From assembly GCA_963780535.1 (NCBI GenBank), contig CAWACS010000043.1, positions 17,613 through 81,612 of the forward strand: a stretch of 64,000 nt of DNA, in the 5' to 3' direction. Within the stretch, counting starts at the first letter, position 1. Every line of letters starts with the position of its first letter. This document shows positions 7,854-18,271 of the stretch, piece after piece. The notes below the pieces were generated by a model. The model did not search any database. It was given only the letters and a program-made list of their open reading frames with translations, and had not been told where the DNA came from. The DNA is from an uncultured Verrucomicrobiae bacterium (GTDB taxonomy: Bacteria > Verrucomicrobiota > Verrucomicrobiia > Limisphaerales > UBA11358). The position numbers were made by a program, and so were the translations under genes.

Positions 7854-10186
7854 TTTTCAGAGCAACAGTGCTGCTCGCAGTGCTTGTTTGCTGCCTATTC
7901 CAGTATGCATTGCGGTATCGCAGTCCTTTGAATAGGGATATTGCCACATTTGAACTGGTTTTTCTGCCTCAAGCCCAGTGGATGATTTTCGTGCTGGCTT
8001 GTGTTTGGTGCATTGGTCTGATCGCTTTGACGTATCAGTGGAACAATTTGTGGTTGATTGGACTTCTGTTGATTGTAGTCTTCGCCTATGCATCAAATTA
8101 CAAAATAGCTGCCTCGGATCCCAGCGCCTTAATTCTGTTGGTTGCTGTGGCTGCTGGCAAAGGAATCCTTTATTTTCGACAACAGAGACTCACACTTTCC
8201 TGTCTGATTGCGCTCTTGGTGGTGGCTTCCTGTTGGCACATTGAAAAGATTGTTGGCCATTATGTCGGGCCGCGCTGGATGGGGCTTTGGGATAATCCCA
8301 ATGACTACGGGTTGTTGATGGCCGTGGGCTTGATTCTAGCCGTTGGATTGTTGGCCGCGAAGAGGCACAAAAGGCACATAGAAACAGCAAATCAGAAAGC
8401 GGAAGGCGGAAACCAGGAAATAACAATCATAAAAAGGTACAAAGAGCACAAAGAAAATTCAAATTCTTTATTCCGTTCCTTTTTGCGTTCTCTGCGCTTT
8501 TTTGCGGCCAAAATAATTTCTGTTCTTCTTTTTATCGCGGCCTTTATGATGGCAACAGGATTGATCTTCAGTTACAGCCGTGGCGCATGGGTGGGAACGG
8601 CCATTGGGTTGCTGTATCTGGCAATGACTTACGGAAAGTTCAAGTGGCGGTGGGTGATACCGGGAATTTTCGTCGTGGCGGCGGTGGTATGGTTTTTCTG
8701 GAATGCCACGCCGGACAATGCGCCGTGGTATGTGAAGCGGCTGGATTTAGGCAGGGCATCGGCGCAACACCGGGTTGCGGCTTGGAAAGCGGGCTTTCAA
8801 ATGATGCGGGATCATCCTTTTGGCGTGGGTTGGAACGAGGTCGTTGATCTTTATCAGAAAAATTATTTGCCGCCGGAAGATGGCGCGGCGGCCATTACCA
8901 CGAATGATTATTTGATGCTGGGGACGCAATTGGGCTTGCCAGGGTTGATTTGTTTTGTGGCCTACGCTGCGCTCTGCTTTGTAGATAGGAGATGGAAGTT
9001 GGGAGTTGGCAAAGAAAAGCCTCACCTCACCCCGGCCCTCTCCCCATTTGGCCCCGCTGCCCCCGCCAAACGCGGAGAGGGAGAATTGTCGGTCGTCGCG
9101 ACGCAAACCATTTCACTTGGCACTCGTCACCTGTCACCCGCTTTCGCGTCACTTGCCACCCGTCACCTGTCACTCCAAGCCGCCTGCCGTTCGGCGGCGC
9201 TGGCCATGCTGGTGGCGTTTTGGTTTGACGGCGGGTTGTTCAAGCTGGCCACGGCAGCGGTGTTCTGGATTCTGTTGGAATTGGGAGCAGAGACAAGACG
9301 GAAGACAGAGGTCAGGGACCAGAAGACAGAGATCGAAAATCAGAAGTCAGAAGTCAGAAACCCGACCTCTGACCTCCGACCTCTGACTTCCGGCTTTACG
9401 CTCATTGAATTGCTGGTCGTTATCGCCATCATCGCAATTCTGGCCGCGCTATTGCTGCCCGCTCTTTCTGTCGCTAAACGAAGGGCTTCAGATATTCAGT
9501 GCATAAATAATCTCGGCCAAATGGCGATAGCAGGCACGCTATATTCCCATGATCACGATAAAACCGTCGCTTATACGGACGACTTGGGTATACCAAGGGC
9601 TGGCGACATCTGGTTGGCCCTTTTAAGCGAGTATTACTCTAATGTGAATGCCATTCGCCTCTGCCCGTTCGCATCGCAAGTCGCTACAAACACAGTTTGG
9701 TACGCAAAAGACATGAATAGCGCATGGCTTTTCAGATCCGTGGTGGATCCGAATAAGACTTATTCGGGGAGCTACGCGATGAATGGCTGGCTTTACACAG
9801 GTTTGCCGGACCCCAACGGCTACTTTTTCGAAAAATATTCCGCTGTAAAAAATACATCCATGACTCCGTTTTTCTGCGATTCCATCTGGGCAGATGTCTG
9901 GCCCGATGAAGTATCCGGCCCGGCGATTGATTTGACGAGGGGCGCGCTCACACCGGATATTGGACGCATAACCATTGCTCGACACGGCATATCTCCCGGG
10001 AATGTCCCCAGAAACATGACGGGCACCACGCCACTTCCGGGGTTCATCAATCTCTCCTTTATGGATGGACACGCGGAACGGGCATCCTTGGAGAGTCTGT
10101 GGGGGTTTTTGTGGCATCTAAAGTATGCGCCGCCAAAAATCCGCCCCCCGGCGATCGGTCAACCTCCACCGTGGCCGCCTAAATGA
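7832..10186 (+). CDS. single 784-aa ORF joining an O-antigen-ligase/Wzy_C-type polytopic protein to a prepilin-type protein
   Basis: N-terminal about 490 aa are multi-TM with Wzy_C-type loop motifs ([39 protein letters not shown]). There is no stop codon before the pilin-like module. The junction and one loop consist of repeat elements. Confidence 0.6.
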   Translation: MFTKIGVVFRATVLLAVLVCCLFQYALRYRSPLNRDIATFELVFLPQAQWMIFVLACVWCIGLIALTYQWNNLWLIGLLLIVVFAYASNYKIAASDPSALILLVAVAAGKGILYFRQQRLTLSCLIALLVVASCWHIEKIVGHYVGPRWMGLWDNPNDYGLLMAVGLILAVGLLAAKRHKRHIETANQKAEGGNQEITIIKRYKEHKENSNSLFRSFLRSLRFFAAKIISVLLFIAAFMMATGLIFSYSRGAWVGTAIGLLYLAMTYGKFKWRWVIPGIFVVAAVVWFFWNATPDNAPWYVKRLDLGRASAQHRVAAWKAGFQMMRDHPFGVGWNEVVDLYQKNYLPPEDGAAAITTNDYLMLGTQLGLPGLICFVAYAALCFVDRRWKLGVGKEKPHLTPALSPFGPAAPAKRGEGELSVVATQTISLGTRHLSPAFASLATRHLSLQAACRSAALAMLVAFWFDGGLFKLATAAVFWILLELGAETRRKTEVRDQKTEIENQKSEVRNPTSDLRPLTSGFTLIELLVVIAIIAILAALLLPALSVAKRRASDIQCINNLGQMAIAGTLYSHDHDKTVAYTDDLGIPRAGDIWLALLSEYYSNVNAIRLCPFASQVATNTVWYAKDMNSAWLFRSVVDPNKTYSGSYAMNGWLYTGLPDPNGYFFEKYSAVKNTSMTPFFCDSIWADVWPDEVSGPAIDLTRGALTPDIGRITIARHGISPGNVPRNMTGTTPLPGFINLSFMDGHAERASLESLWGFLWHLKYAPPKIRPPAIGQPPPWPPK
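9036..9081. repeat. CCCTCTCCCC...GGAGAGGG palindromic element inside a CDS
   Basis: Arms at 9036-9045 and 9074-9081. Translated in frame as [16 protein letters not shown]. Same arm sequence as the elements at 30291-30389. Confidence 0.7.
9124..9176. repeat. 7-nt periodic array (GTCACCY-type) inside a CDS
   Basis: tcGTCACCTGTCACCCgctttcgcGTCACTTGCCACCCGTCACCTGTCACTcc, translated as [17 protein letters not shown]. Confidence 0.7.
9289..9391. repeat. inverted pair of 7-nt arrays, (CAGAAGT)n / (GACCTCT)n, at the ligase-pilin junction
   Basis: Left: ...atCAGAAGTCAGAAGTCAGAAA. Right: GACCTCTGACCTCCGACCTCTGACTTCC. The arms are imperfectly complementary. Translated as ...[21 protein letters not shown]. 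Confidence 0.75.
9392..10186 (+). other. prepilin-type N-terminal cleavage/methylation module with DUF1559/H-X9-DG-like C-terminus
   Basis: G|[24 protein letters not shown] class-III signal at 9392. C-terminal ...[11 protein letters not shown]. No in-frame ATG/GTG/TTG in the roughly 30 codons upstream, so no independent canonical start is visible. Confidence 0.6.
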
Positions 10187-10221
10187 CGTCATAAATTATA
10201 TTGGCGTATCACACAGAATTC

Positions 10222-11955
10222 ATGACCAGCCCATCCACAGAATTCACCAGGAAACGGTTCACCATTTGGATTGTTCTTGGCGCGATTTTGTTTGTCTTGG
10301 GTTGGAGGGCGTTGGTGATAGCCGCTCAATATTTCAACGAACCTGATGTTGTCCGGGAACTTTGTTCCATACCGCAATTCGAGCAGGACTTGATTCCCAA
10401 CAGTGCCAACACGCGCTTGGTATTTTGCCAGGACACGGAGGCTGGCGTTGGTATTTATTTTTGCGATACCGACGGTGGGAAACCGCAATTATTGTGCGAA
10501 CAGAAAGAAAAAGGGAATCATTACAGACGTTTCTCGATGTTAGGTTGGGCTCCGGATGACAGTCTATTCGCGTGTGCTTGGCCGGAGAACACACAAGATC
10601 AAGAGTTCATCCTGATTTTTGATGGTCTCACGGGCCAGCTTTTAAGCAAGCTTGAAGCTGACCAAAGCTTTGAACAGTTTACTTGGCTTTCCAGTGGATC
10701 TTTCGCTTATTCCGCAGGCGGCACCTCGGTCAGGGTTGTCATCAAGCAGGCGGATGGTAGTTGGGTTCATAAGCGATATTTTGAGAATGTTGCCACCAAT
10801 ATGGACAATTTCGTCGCTTTTTCTCCCGATTCAGTTGCCTGGCACGACGGCAACGCGATTTGGTTGTTCAATCTTGATTCGGGCTCCTCGGAAAAAGTCT
10901 GGGAAGCGACCAATCAGTTGGTGGAGTTTACCATCGCCAGGGATAGCGGCGGATTTTTGCTGAATTGCAGCGATGACCTTGGACAATATCTGTCGTGGTT
11001 TGACCTGCAGGACAAACGTACAGTTGATTTGGGGCGGATCAGCGACCAGCAGAATTACATCCGTAACGCCATCTGGAACGGTCATGGCAGCAGTTACGCC
11101 TACCTGACGAACGATTTGGCGGGAAGCGCCTTTTGTATCAAGACCGCAGAAATGACCACGCCGATCACAATTACATGGCGCGGGGGCGTTCACAATTTAA
11201 CCCTGAACGGCAATCAATTGTTTTTCACCGGCAATCCGGAAGATCAACCACCGGGTATTTGGGAATACGACATCCAATTCAAAACCTTCAAATGTATAGT
11301 TCCCAGCACAAGCGGCCCGCCTGGAAATAGGATCGGGAGTCCGCCGATGTGTCAAATGATGACCAACTCCCTGGGCGAACAACGGTTCTACCATCTTTGG
11401 GGGCCACCTCATGTTTCACCCAATAAGAAATATCCGGTCTTGCTAGCTCAGGAGCTTAACTACTGGTTCCCCTGTTTTCAGGTCGCCGCCGACAGCGGTT
11501 ACTATGTGGCAGTGGTGGATCGCCCATTCTTCAACACTTGGGATGGGAATCCAGAGCATTCGTGGGTTGAAGACGTTAGTGGTCTCTATGAGGTTGCGAT
11601 GCGCAATCCAAACGTTGATACCAACCGTGTTTATCTTTACGCCTGCAGCAGAGAGACATCATTTTTGAGCCAATTGATGAATGAGAGGCCATCACTGGCG
11701 AAGGGCGCAATTCTATTCAGTCCGACCGGTCTTCCCGATGCTTCTGCCTTGCAAAACAAGCGGATTCTGATCGTGGATGGAAAGCTCGATGGCGACGCCT
11801 CACAGCGATTTTCTGAATTTCAGGACCGTGCAGCCCAGGAAGGGAATAACGTTACACTCCTTCTGCAAGATAATGCGGGTCATATTTCCGCCTCCGGCAC
11901 AACTCTATGTAATCAGGCGAGGCTGTTTGCCAAATTTATCTCGGATTACAAATGA
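10222..11955 (+). CDS. membrane-anchored beta-propeller plus alpha/beta-hydrolase (S9-peptidase-like) protein
   Basis: N-terminal TM (FTIWIVLGAILFVLGWRALVIAA). TolB/WD-like repeats (WAPDDSLFACAW, FSPDSVAWHDGNAIWLFNLDSG). C-terminal hydrolase-like region (KYPVLLAQ..., YLYACSRE, DGKLDGD, NAGHI). A TTG at 10201 is an alternative start. Confidence 0.6.
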   Translation: MTSPSTEFTRKRFTIWIVLGAILFVLGWRALVIAAQYFNEPDVVRELCSIPQFEQDLIPNSANTRLVFCQDTEAGVGIYFCDTDGGKPQLLCEQKEKGNHYRRFSMLGWAPDDSLFACAWPENTQDQEFILIFDGLTGQLLSKLEADQSFEQFTWLSSGSFAYSAGGTSVRVVIKQADGSWVHKRYFENVATNMDNFVAFSPDSVAWHDGNAIWLFNLDSGSSEKVWEATNQLVEFTIARDSGGFLLNCSDDLGQYLSWFDLQDKRTVDLGRISDQQNYIRNAIWNGHGSSYAYLTNDLAGSAFCIKTAEMTTPITITWRGGVHNLTLNGNQLFFTGNPEDQPPGIWEYDIQFKTFKCIVPSTSGPPGNRIGSPPMCQMMTNSLGEQRFYHLWGPPHVSPNKKYPVLLAQELNYWFPCFQVAADSGYYVAVVDRPFFNTWDGNPEHSWVEDVSGLYEVAMRNPNVDTNRVYLYACSRETSFLSQLMNERPSLAKGAILFSPTGLPDASALQNKRILIVDGKLDGDASQRFSEFQDRAAQEGNNVTLLLQDNAGHISASGTTLCNQARLFAKFISDYK

Positions 11956-12057
11956 CCTTTGACACTGCCAACTTCAATTCAATCGTGACCGGTTTCTCTG
12001 GGGAAGGGTTGGAACGATGGATTGTAGTCGCTCGGACCGGCATTGGTCTGGAAAGAT

Positions 12058-12747
12058 ATGCAGCCTAAACTCACGTTCTACTTCACGAATTCGGCCGCCG
12101 CCTTGCTGGCCGCCATGGCCACAGTTTTTTTTGTCGGCAATCTGGCCACCGGAACCTTGGTTCAACCACACGACCCGGTGTTGATGGTTTCTATGCGGAT
12201 TTTGTTTTGGATTCTGGGGATGGCTGGACTGGCGGTGTCCTTGTTCTGCATCTTTGCGAACAATCCTCAGTGGAAGATTGCACTTGTTCTGTGGCTTTCC
12301 CTGGACTTGGTGATTTACGGATTTGCCTTTCAATGGAGTGGGACACATGGCCTCGGCACCTATTTGGGCGCGGTTGCAGAACCATTCGGACTCTCAACCG
12401 GCACGTCCGGCTTCATTCTGACAGCCATGTTTGTGTATTTATTGGTAGGCAGTTCCTTTTTGCTCGGATCCTCCTGGTGGCAAAAGATTAGAGAGGAAGC
12501 AGGTGGCTACCTGAAAATTCCATGTCCCTCCTGTGGGGGCAAAATTAAATTTCCGCCGGCTGATATGGGCCGACAGATTCCTTGTCCGCATTGTCAGGTA
12601 TTGCTTACGCTGCGAAAACCCGAAGACAGGATGAAAATGGTCTGCGTTTTGTGTGGAGGACACGTTGAATTCCCCGCCCATGCGCTGGGACAAAAAATCC
12701 CATGCCCTCATTGCGCGAAAACCATCACACTGCTTCAGCCAACTTGA
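12058..12747 (+). CDS. membrane protein with two C-terminal zinc-ribbon repeats
   Basis: Four or five hydrophobic helices followed by CPSCGGKIKFP...IPCPHCQ and CVLCGGHVEFP...IPCPHCA. A TTG at 12043 is an alternative start. Confidence 0.6.
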   Translation: MQPKLTFYFTNSAAALLAAMATVFFVGNLATGTLVQPHDPVLMVSMRILFWILGMAGLAVSLFCIFANNPQWKIALVLWLSLDLVIYGFAFQWSGTHGLGTYLGAVAEPFGLSTGTSGFILTAMFVYLLVGSSFLLGSSWWQKIREEAGGYLKIPCPSCGGKIKFPPADMGRQIPCPHCQVLLTLRKPEDRMKMVCVLCGGHVEFPAHALGQKIPCPHCAKTITLLQPT

Positions 12748-12807
12748 ACGGCTTTGTCGCGGATGACATTGGTGATTCACAGCAGGCCCTGTGTGCCTTG
12801 AGGAAAC

Positions 12808-14589
<1,782 letters not shown>

Positions 14590-14677
14590 TCAATGCTCCC
14601 GGTTCATGCACCCAAAACGGGTTCGAATATGAAAAAGCCCGTTCCGTTTCGTCAAGCGGGGAAACTTCATGATGAAA

Positions 14678-16006
14678 CTATTTTTCCGGCACAATATAAA
14701 TGCCCCGGCCCTTCAGATTTTCCAAAATCATTTCCACCGTCCGGCCCATGGCTCCCAGATTTTCGCGGACGACCAGGAGCGCATTACGCCGCAATTCCTC
14801 GCGCCGGTTTTCATCCGCCAGCAATTCGCCCAGCGCCAGCTCCAGGGCCGCCGCGTCGGCCACCTGGACCGCCGCGTTCCGGGCGATAAAATTTCGCGCA
14901 ATGTCCGTGAAATTCTGCATGTTCGGCCCGAATACCATGGCCTTGCCCGCCGCCCCCGGCTCGATTGGATTCTGCCCGCCAACCGCCGTGAGGCTCTTGC
15001 CCACGAACACCAATGTCGCATGTTCATAGAAAAACCGCAACTCGCCGGTCGTGTTGACGAGCAAACATTCGATCTGCCCCTCGGTAAACCGCGCGCTGGC
15101 AAGGATTTCGTTGCGATAAACAAATTTGACGCCCCGTTCGCGCAATTGCCGCCCCACCTCACGGCACCGCTCAAAATGCCGGGGCACCAGCACCAGAAAC
15201 AGCCGGGGAAACAATATCCGCAGCCGTTGCGCGATCTCCGCCAGGGCGATTTCCTCGCCGGCATGGGTGCTGCCGCACACCAAAATCGGCGCGTCCGGCG
15301 GCACGCCGATCTGCTGCAACAGCGCCGGCACGTCAAGCCGGCGGTGACCATCGATCTTGGCCGCATCGAATTTCAAATTTCCCACCACCCGGATCGCTTC
15401 GGGCCGGCACCCGATTTCCCGCAGGCGTTCGGCGTCGGCTTCATTCTGCGCGCTGACACCCGTAAAGGCCGCGAACAGCGGGCGGAACAAAAATCCAAAG
15501 CGCCGGTAGCCACGGTGGGAACGGCTGGAAAGCCGGGCGTTGACCAGAAACAGGGGAATCTTGCGATTCCGCGCGCGCCACAGGAAGTTTGGCCAGATTT
15601 CCGCCTCAAAAAGCACAACGGCCACGGGATTGATGGTATCCAGGGCACGAATGACGGTTCTCCGCCCGTCCAAAGGATAGTAAATTTTACTGATGTGCGG
15701 CGGCAAATGACGGTGTAATTCCGCCATGCCGGTCGTCGTCGTCGTTGAAACCACGATTTTCAAATTGGGCACGCGCGGCTCGAGGGCGCGAATGAGCTGC
15801 GTGCACAGATTGACTTCGCCAACGCTGACGGCATGCAGCCAGATCACCTGGCGATTGGTCAACGCCTGCTTGAGGTTCCGGTGGTAACAGCCAAACCGCT
15901 CGGAAAAACCGGAAAGCCAGTCGCCGCGCCGCCACATCCGCAGGAAATAATACGGCGCGGTCAACACGAAGAAAACCGTGAACAGAATATTGTAGAGCGT
16001 TTGCAC
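14678..16006 (-). CDS. waaA: 3-deoxy-D-manno-octulosonic acid (Kdo) transferase
   Basis: N-terminal anchor LYNILFTVFFVLTAPYYFLRMWRRG, then WLHAVSVGE. GTG start at 16006 chosen. The track ORF extends to 16570 but that part overlaps the next gene. Confidence 0.8.
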   Translation of the reverse strand: MQTLYNILFTVFFVLTAPYYFLRMWRRGDWLSGFSERFGCYHRNLKQALTNRQVIWLHAVSVGEVNLCTQLIRALEPRVPNLKIVVSTTTTTGMAELHRHLPPHISKIYYPLDGRRTVIRALDTINPVAVVLFEAEIWPNFLWRARNRKIPLFLVNARLSSRSHRGYRRFGFLFRPLFAAFTGVSAQNEADAERLREIGCRPEAIRVVGNLKFDAAKIDGHRRLDVPALLQQIGVPPDAPILVCGSTHAGEEIALAEIAQRLRILFPRLFLVLVPRHFERCREVGRQLRERGVKFVYRNEILASARFTEGQIECLLVNTTGELRFFYEHATLVFVGKSLTAVGGQNPIEPGAAGKAMVFGPNMQNFTDIARNFIARNAAVQVADAAALELALGELLADENRREELRRNALLVVRENLGAMGRTVEMILENLKGRGIYIVPEK

Positions 16007-16074
16007 TCCAAGGTTAAACGGAACAGCCCTATTTTCCCGCAAACCGGAGCCGCGCGCAAAGAAAATGTTGCAAA

Positions 16075-17343
16075 TCAACCACGAAAGAAGACCAGCCACA
16101 CCGCCAGCAGCATCGGCAACAGGAACGGCAGCGTGAATTTCCAGATAAATCCCGGAAACGTCGGGGTACGGACTTTTTCGTGGTCGGCGATGGCTTTGAC
16201 CATGAAATTCGGCCCGTTGCCGATGTAAGTGGCGGCGCCGAAAAAGACCGCCCCCACACTGATGGCCACCAGATTCAGGGTATTTCCGCCCAATAGTCCC
16301 CCGACATCCCGGACGCCAGTCGCGCCCGAAAGTGCACTCAAAAAACTGAGATAAGTCGGCGCGTTGTCCAGCATGGTGGACAGTGTGCCCGTGCCAAAAT
16401 AGAAAAAGGCCGGCGCCGGTTCCGCGCCCAGCAACGCCCGCGCGTGCAAATCGAGCCAGTCCAGCGCGGGAATCATCGTGGCAAAAATGCCGGCGAATAA
16501 AATGGCCACCTCCTGAATCGGATGGAAATTGAAACGATTGGCCGCGTGCACGGCTTTGGGGGTGGTCCACCAGGAACCCGCGGCCGCGGCCAGCAGGATG
16601 CCTTCACGCAAAAAGACCGGGCGGTGGATGAACACCGCGCCCAGCATCAGGCCCAAAAAGAACAAATTCGCCAACCCGTCGAATTTCCAGGTTTCCCGCG
16701 CCGTCTCCCTTTGTCGGATTTCCCGCGGCGCGCGGAGGAAGTTGCGCCGGTCCACGACGTAGAACATGGCCAGCAGGATGCCGACGCCCATGGCCCACAT
16801 TCCCCAGCAATGCTCCGCCACCCACCAAAAGGGAATCCCCTGCAAGTAACCCAGAAACAACGGCGGATCACCAATGGGCGTCAGGCAGCCACCCACGTTC
16901 GCCACGATGAAAATAAAAAAAACAACGTGGTGCGCGGTGACACGGTATTGGTTCATCCGGAGCCATGGCCGGATCAGGAGCATGGCCGCGCCGGTCGTGC
17001 CTAAAACATTTGCCAGGACGGCGCCGATCAGCAGAAAAACCACATTCACCAACGGCGTCGCCTCGCCTTTCACGTTGATGTGGATGCCGCCGGCAACCAC
17101 AAACAGCGAGCCGACCAGCAGGATGAAACTGGCGTAATCGTGGGCCACGTGCAGCACGCGGTCCGGCGCCCGGAGAACCAGGAGGTAATAGCCCAGGGTG
17201 ATGAAGCCGAGACCGAGCGCGACCTTGGGATAGTGCCGCAACCACCAACCCGGGGCGATCAACGGCGCCAGGGCGATGGCCCCAAGCAGCAGCACAAACG
17301 GCAGAATCATCCACGGATTGGGCGCCATGATGTTTTCACTCAC
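16075..17343 (-). CDS. ArsB/NhaD-superfamily ion transporter (sodium:proton antiporter-like)
   Basis: 422 aa with about 10-12 TM helices. Motifs GTTGAAMLLIRP and VANVGGCLTPIGDPPLFLGY are typical of this permease superfamily. Confidence 0.65.
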   Translation of the reverse strand: MSENIMAPNPWMILPFVLLLGAIALAPLIAPGWWLRHYPKVALGLGFITLGYYLLVLRAPDRVLHVAHDYASFILLVGSLFVVAGGIHINVKGEATPLVNVVFLLIGAVLANVLGTTGAAMLLIRPWLRMNQYRVTAHHVVFFIFIVANVGGCLTPIGDPPLFLGYLQGIPFWWVAEHCWGMWAMGVGILLAMFYVVDRRNFLRAPREIRQRETARETWKFDGLANLFFLGLMLGAVFIHRPVFLREGILLAAAAGSWWTTPKAVHAANRFNFHPIQEVAILFAGIFATMIPALDWLDLHARALLGAEPAPAFFYFGTGTLSTMLDNAPTYLSFLSALSGATGVRDVGGLLGGNTLNLVAISVGAVFFGAATYIGNGPNFMVKAIADHEKVRTPTFPGFIWKFTLPFLLPMLLAVWLVFFRG

Positions 17344-17399
17344 GCGCGGGAAGGTTGCGCGGTCGAGGGAAACCAGGTCAAACAGAAACGCCGGAAAGT

Positions 17400-18240
17400 C
17401 ACCCCAGTGTTCAGGACGTGGATTACTGCCCTCATTGGCCTGCGATCACCTTGGCTGGATCCGCGACTCCGGGAATGGCGGTTTGCGCTGATTGGTGTTG
17501 CCAGGGCAGCCTTGCTGGCCACCTGCCCCGGTTACTATTTCCGTCCGCATTATTTTCTTCTGGCCTGCCGGCTGTGTCGCTGTTGGCCGGTTGTGGCGTC
17601 AGCGGCATGGAATCGATCATCCCGAACGCCACCGGTTCCACCGCCTTGCGGAAAGCCGGGCCCGGTGCGGCATTCATGCTGATCGTGGCGGTGAGTGTTT
17701 TTCTCAACCGGCAGGTGTGGTTTGAGTTGAAGCCGGCACCGGCCAGCCGGGAGATTTACGGTTTCGACCTGTTTTCCCAGGCCGGATCGGTTGCCACACT
17801 CATCCAGGCCATCACACCACCGGACGCGCGGGTGGCGGTGCTGGGTTCGGAACCGGAGATCTATTTTCTTTCACACCGGCGGCCGGCCACCAGCTACCTC
17901 TACGCCTATGCGCTGATGAAACCGCAGCCGTTTGCGCGCCGGATGCAGCAGAAAATGATCGGCGCAATTGATTCAGCCCGGCCGGAATGCGTGGCGGTGC
18001 TCACCTTCAACGTCTCCCGGATCAGCGGCCGGAATCGGACCGTGAAATCTTTGACTGGTGGGATTCCTACCGGACGAATTACGATCTGGTCCGCAGCCTT
18101 CCCATCACCCCCGCGCCGGCGGGCAGCGCCCTTTTGACCTGCCAGCGGCTTCCAGTCATACCGGCGACAACTTCTGTCCATTCAACCCCAGCGCCTCCGC
18201 AACCCGGCACCAGCGGATTTTATCTTCATCAGGGTTGACG
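17400..18240 (+). pseudogene. truncated, multiply frameshifted remnant of an ArnT/GT39-like membrane glycosyltransferase (C-terminal part only)
   Basis: A coherent sequence is spread over three frames. It reads ...CPGYYFRPHYFLL in one frame. It continues LPAVSLLAG...VLGSEPEIYFLSHRRPATSYLYAYALMKPQPFA...ECVAVLTFNVS in the next, then PESDREIFDWWDSYRTNYDLV in the third. There is no room for the N-terminal half. Confidence 0.5.
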
Positions 18241-18271
18241 CGCGAGGCGTCCACTGCGACGTTACCGCGGC

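Noticed and set aside
16007-16570. N-terminal 188 codons of the 630-aa ORF 14678..16570.
   Set aside because: This part overlaps the 3' end of the transporter gene (16075..17343) in another frame and has junk composition. The WaaA homology begins at the GTG at 16006.
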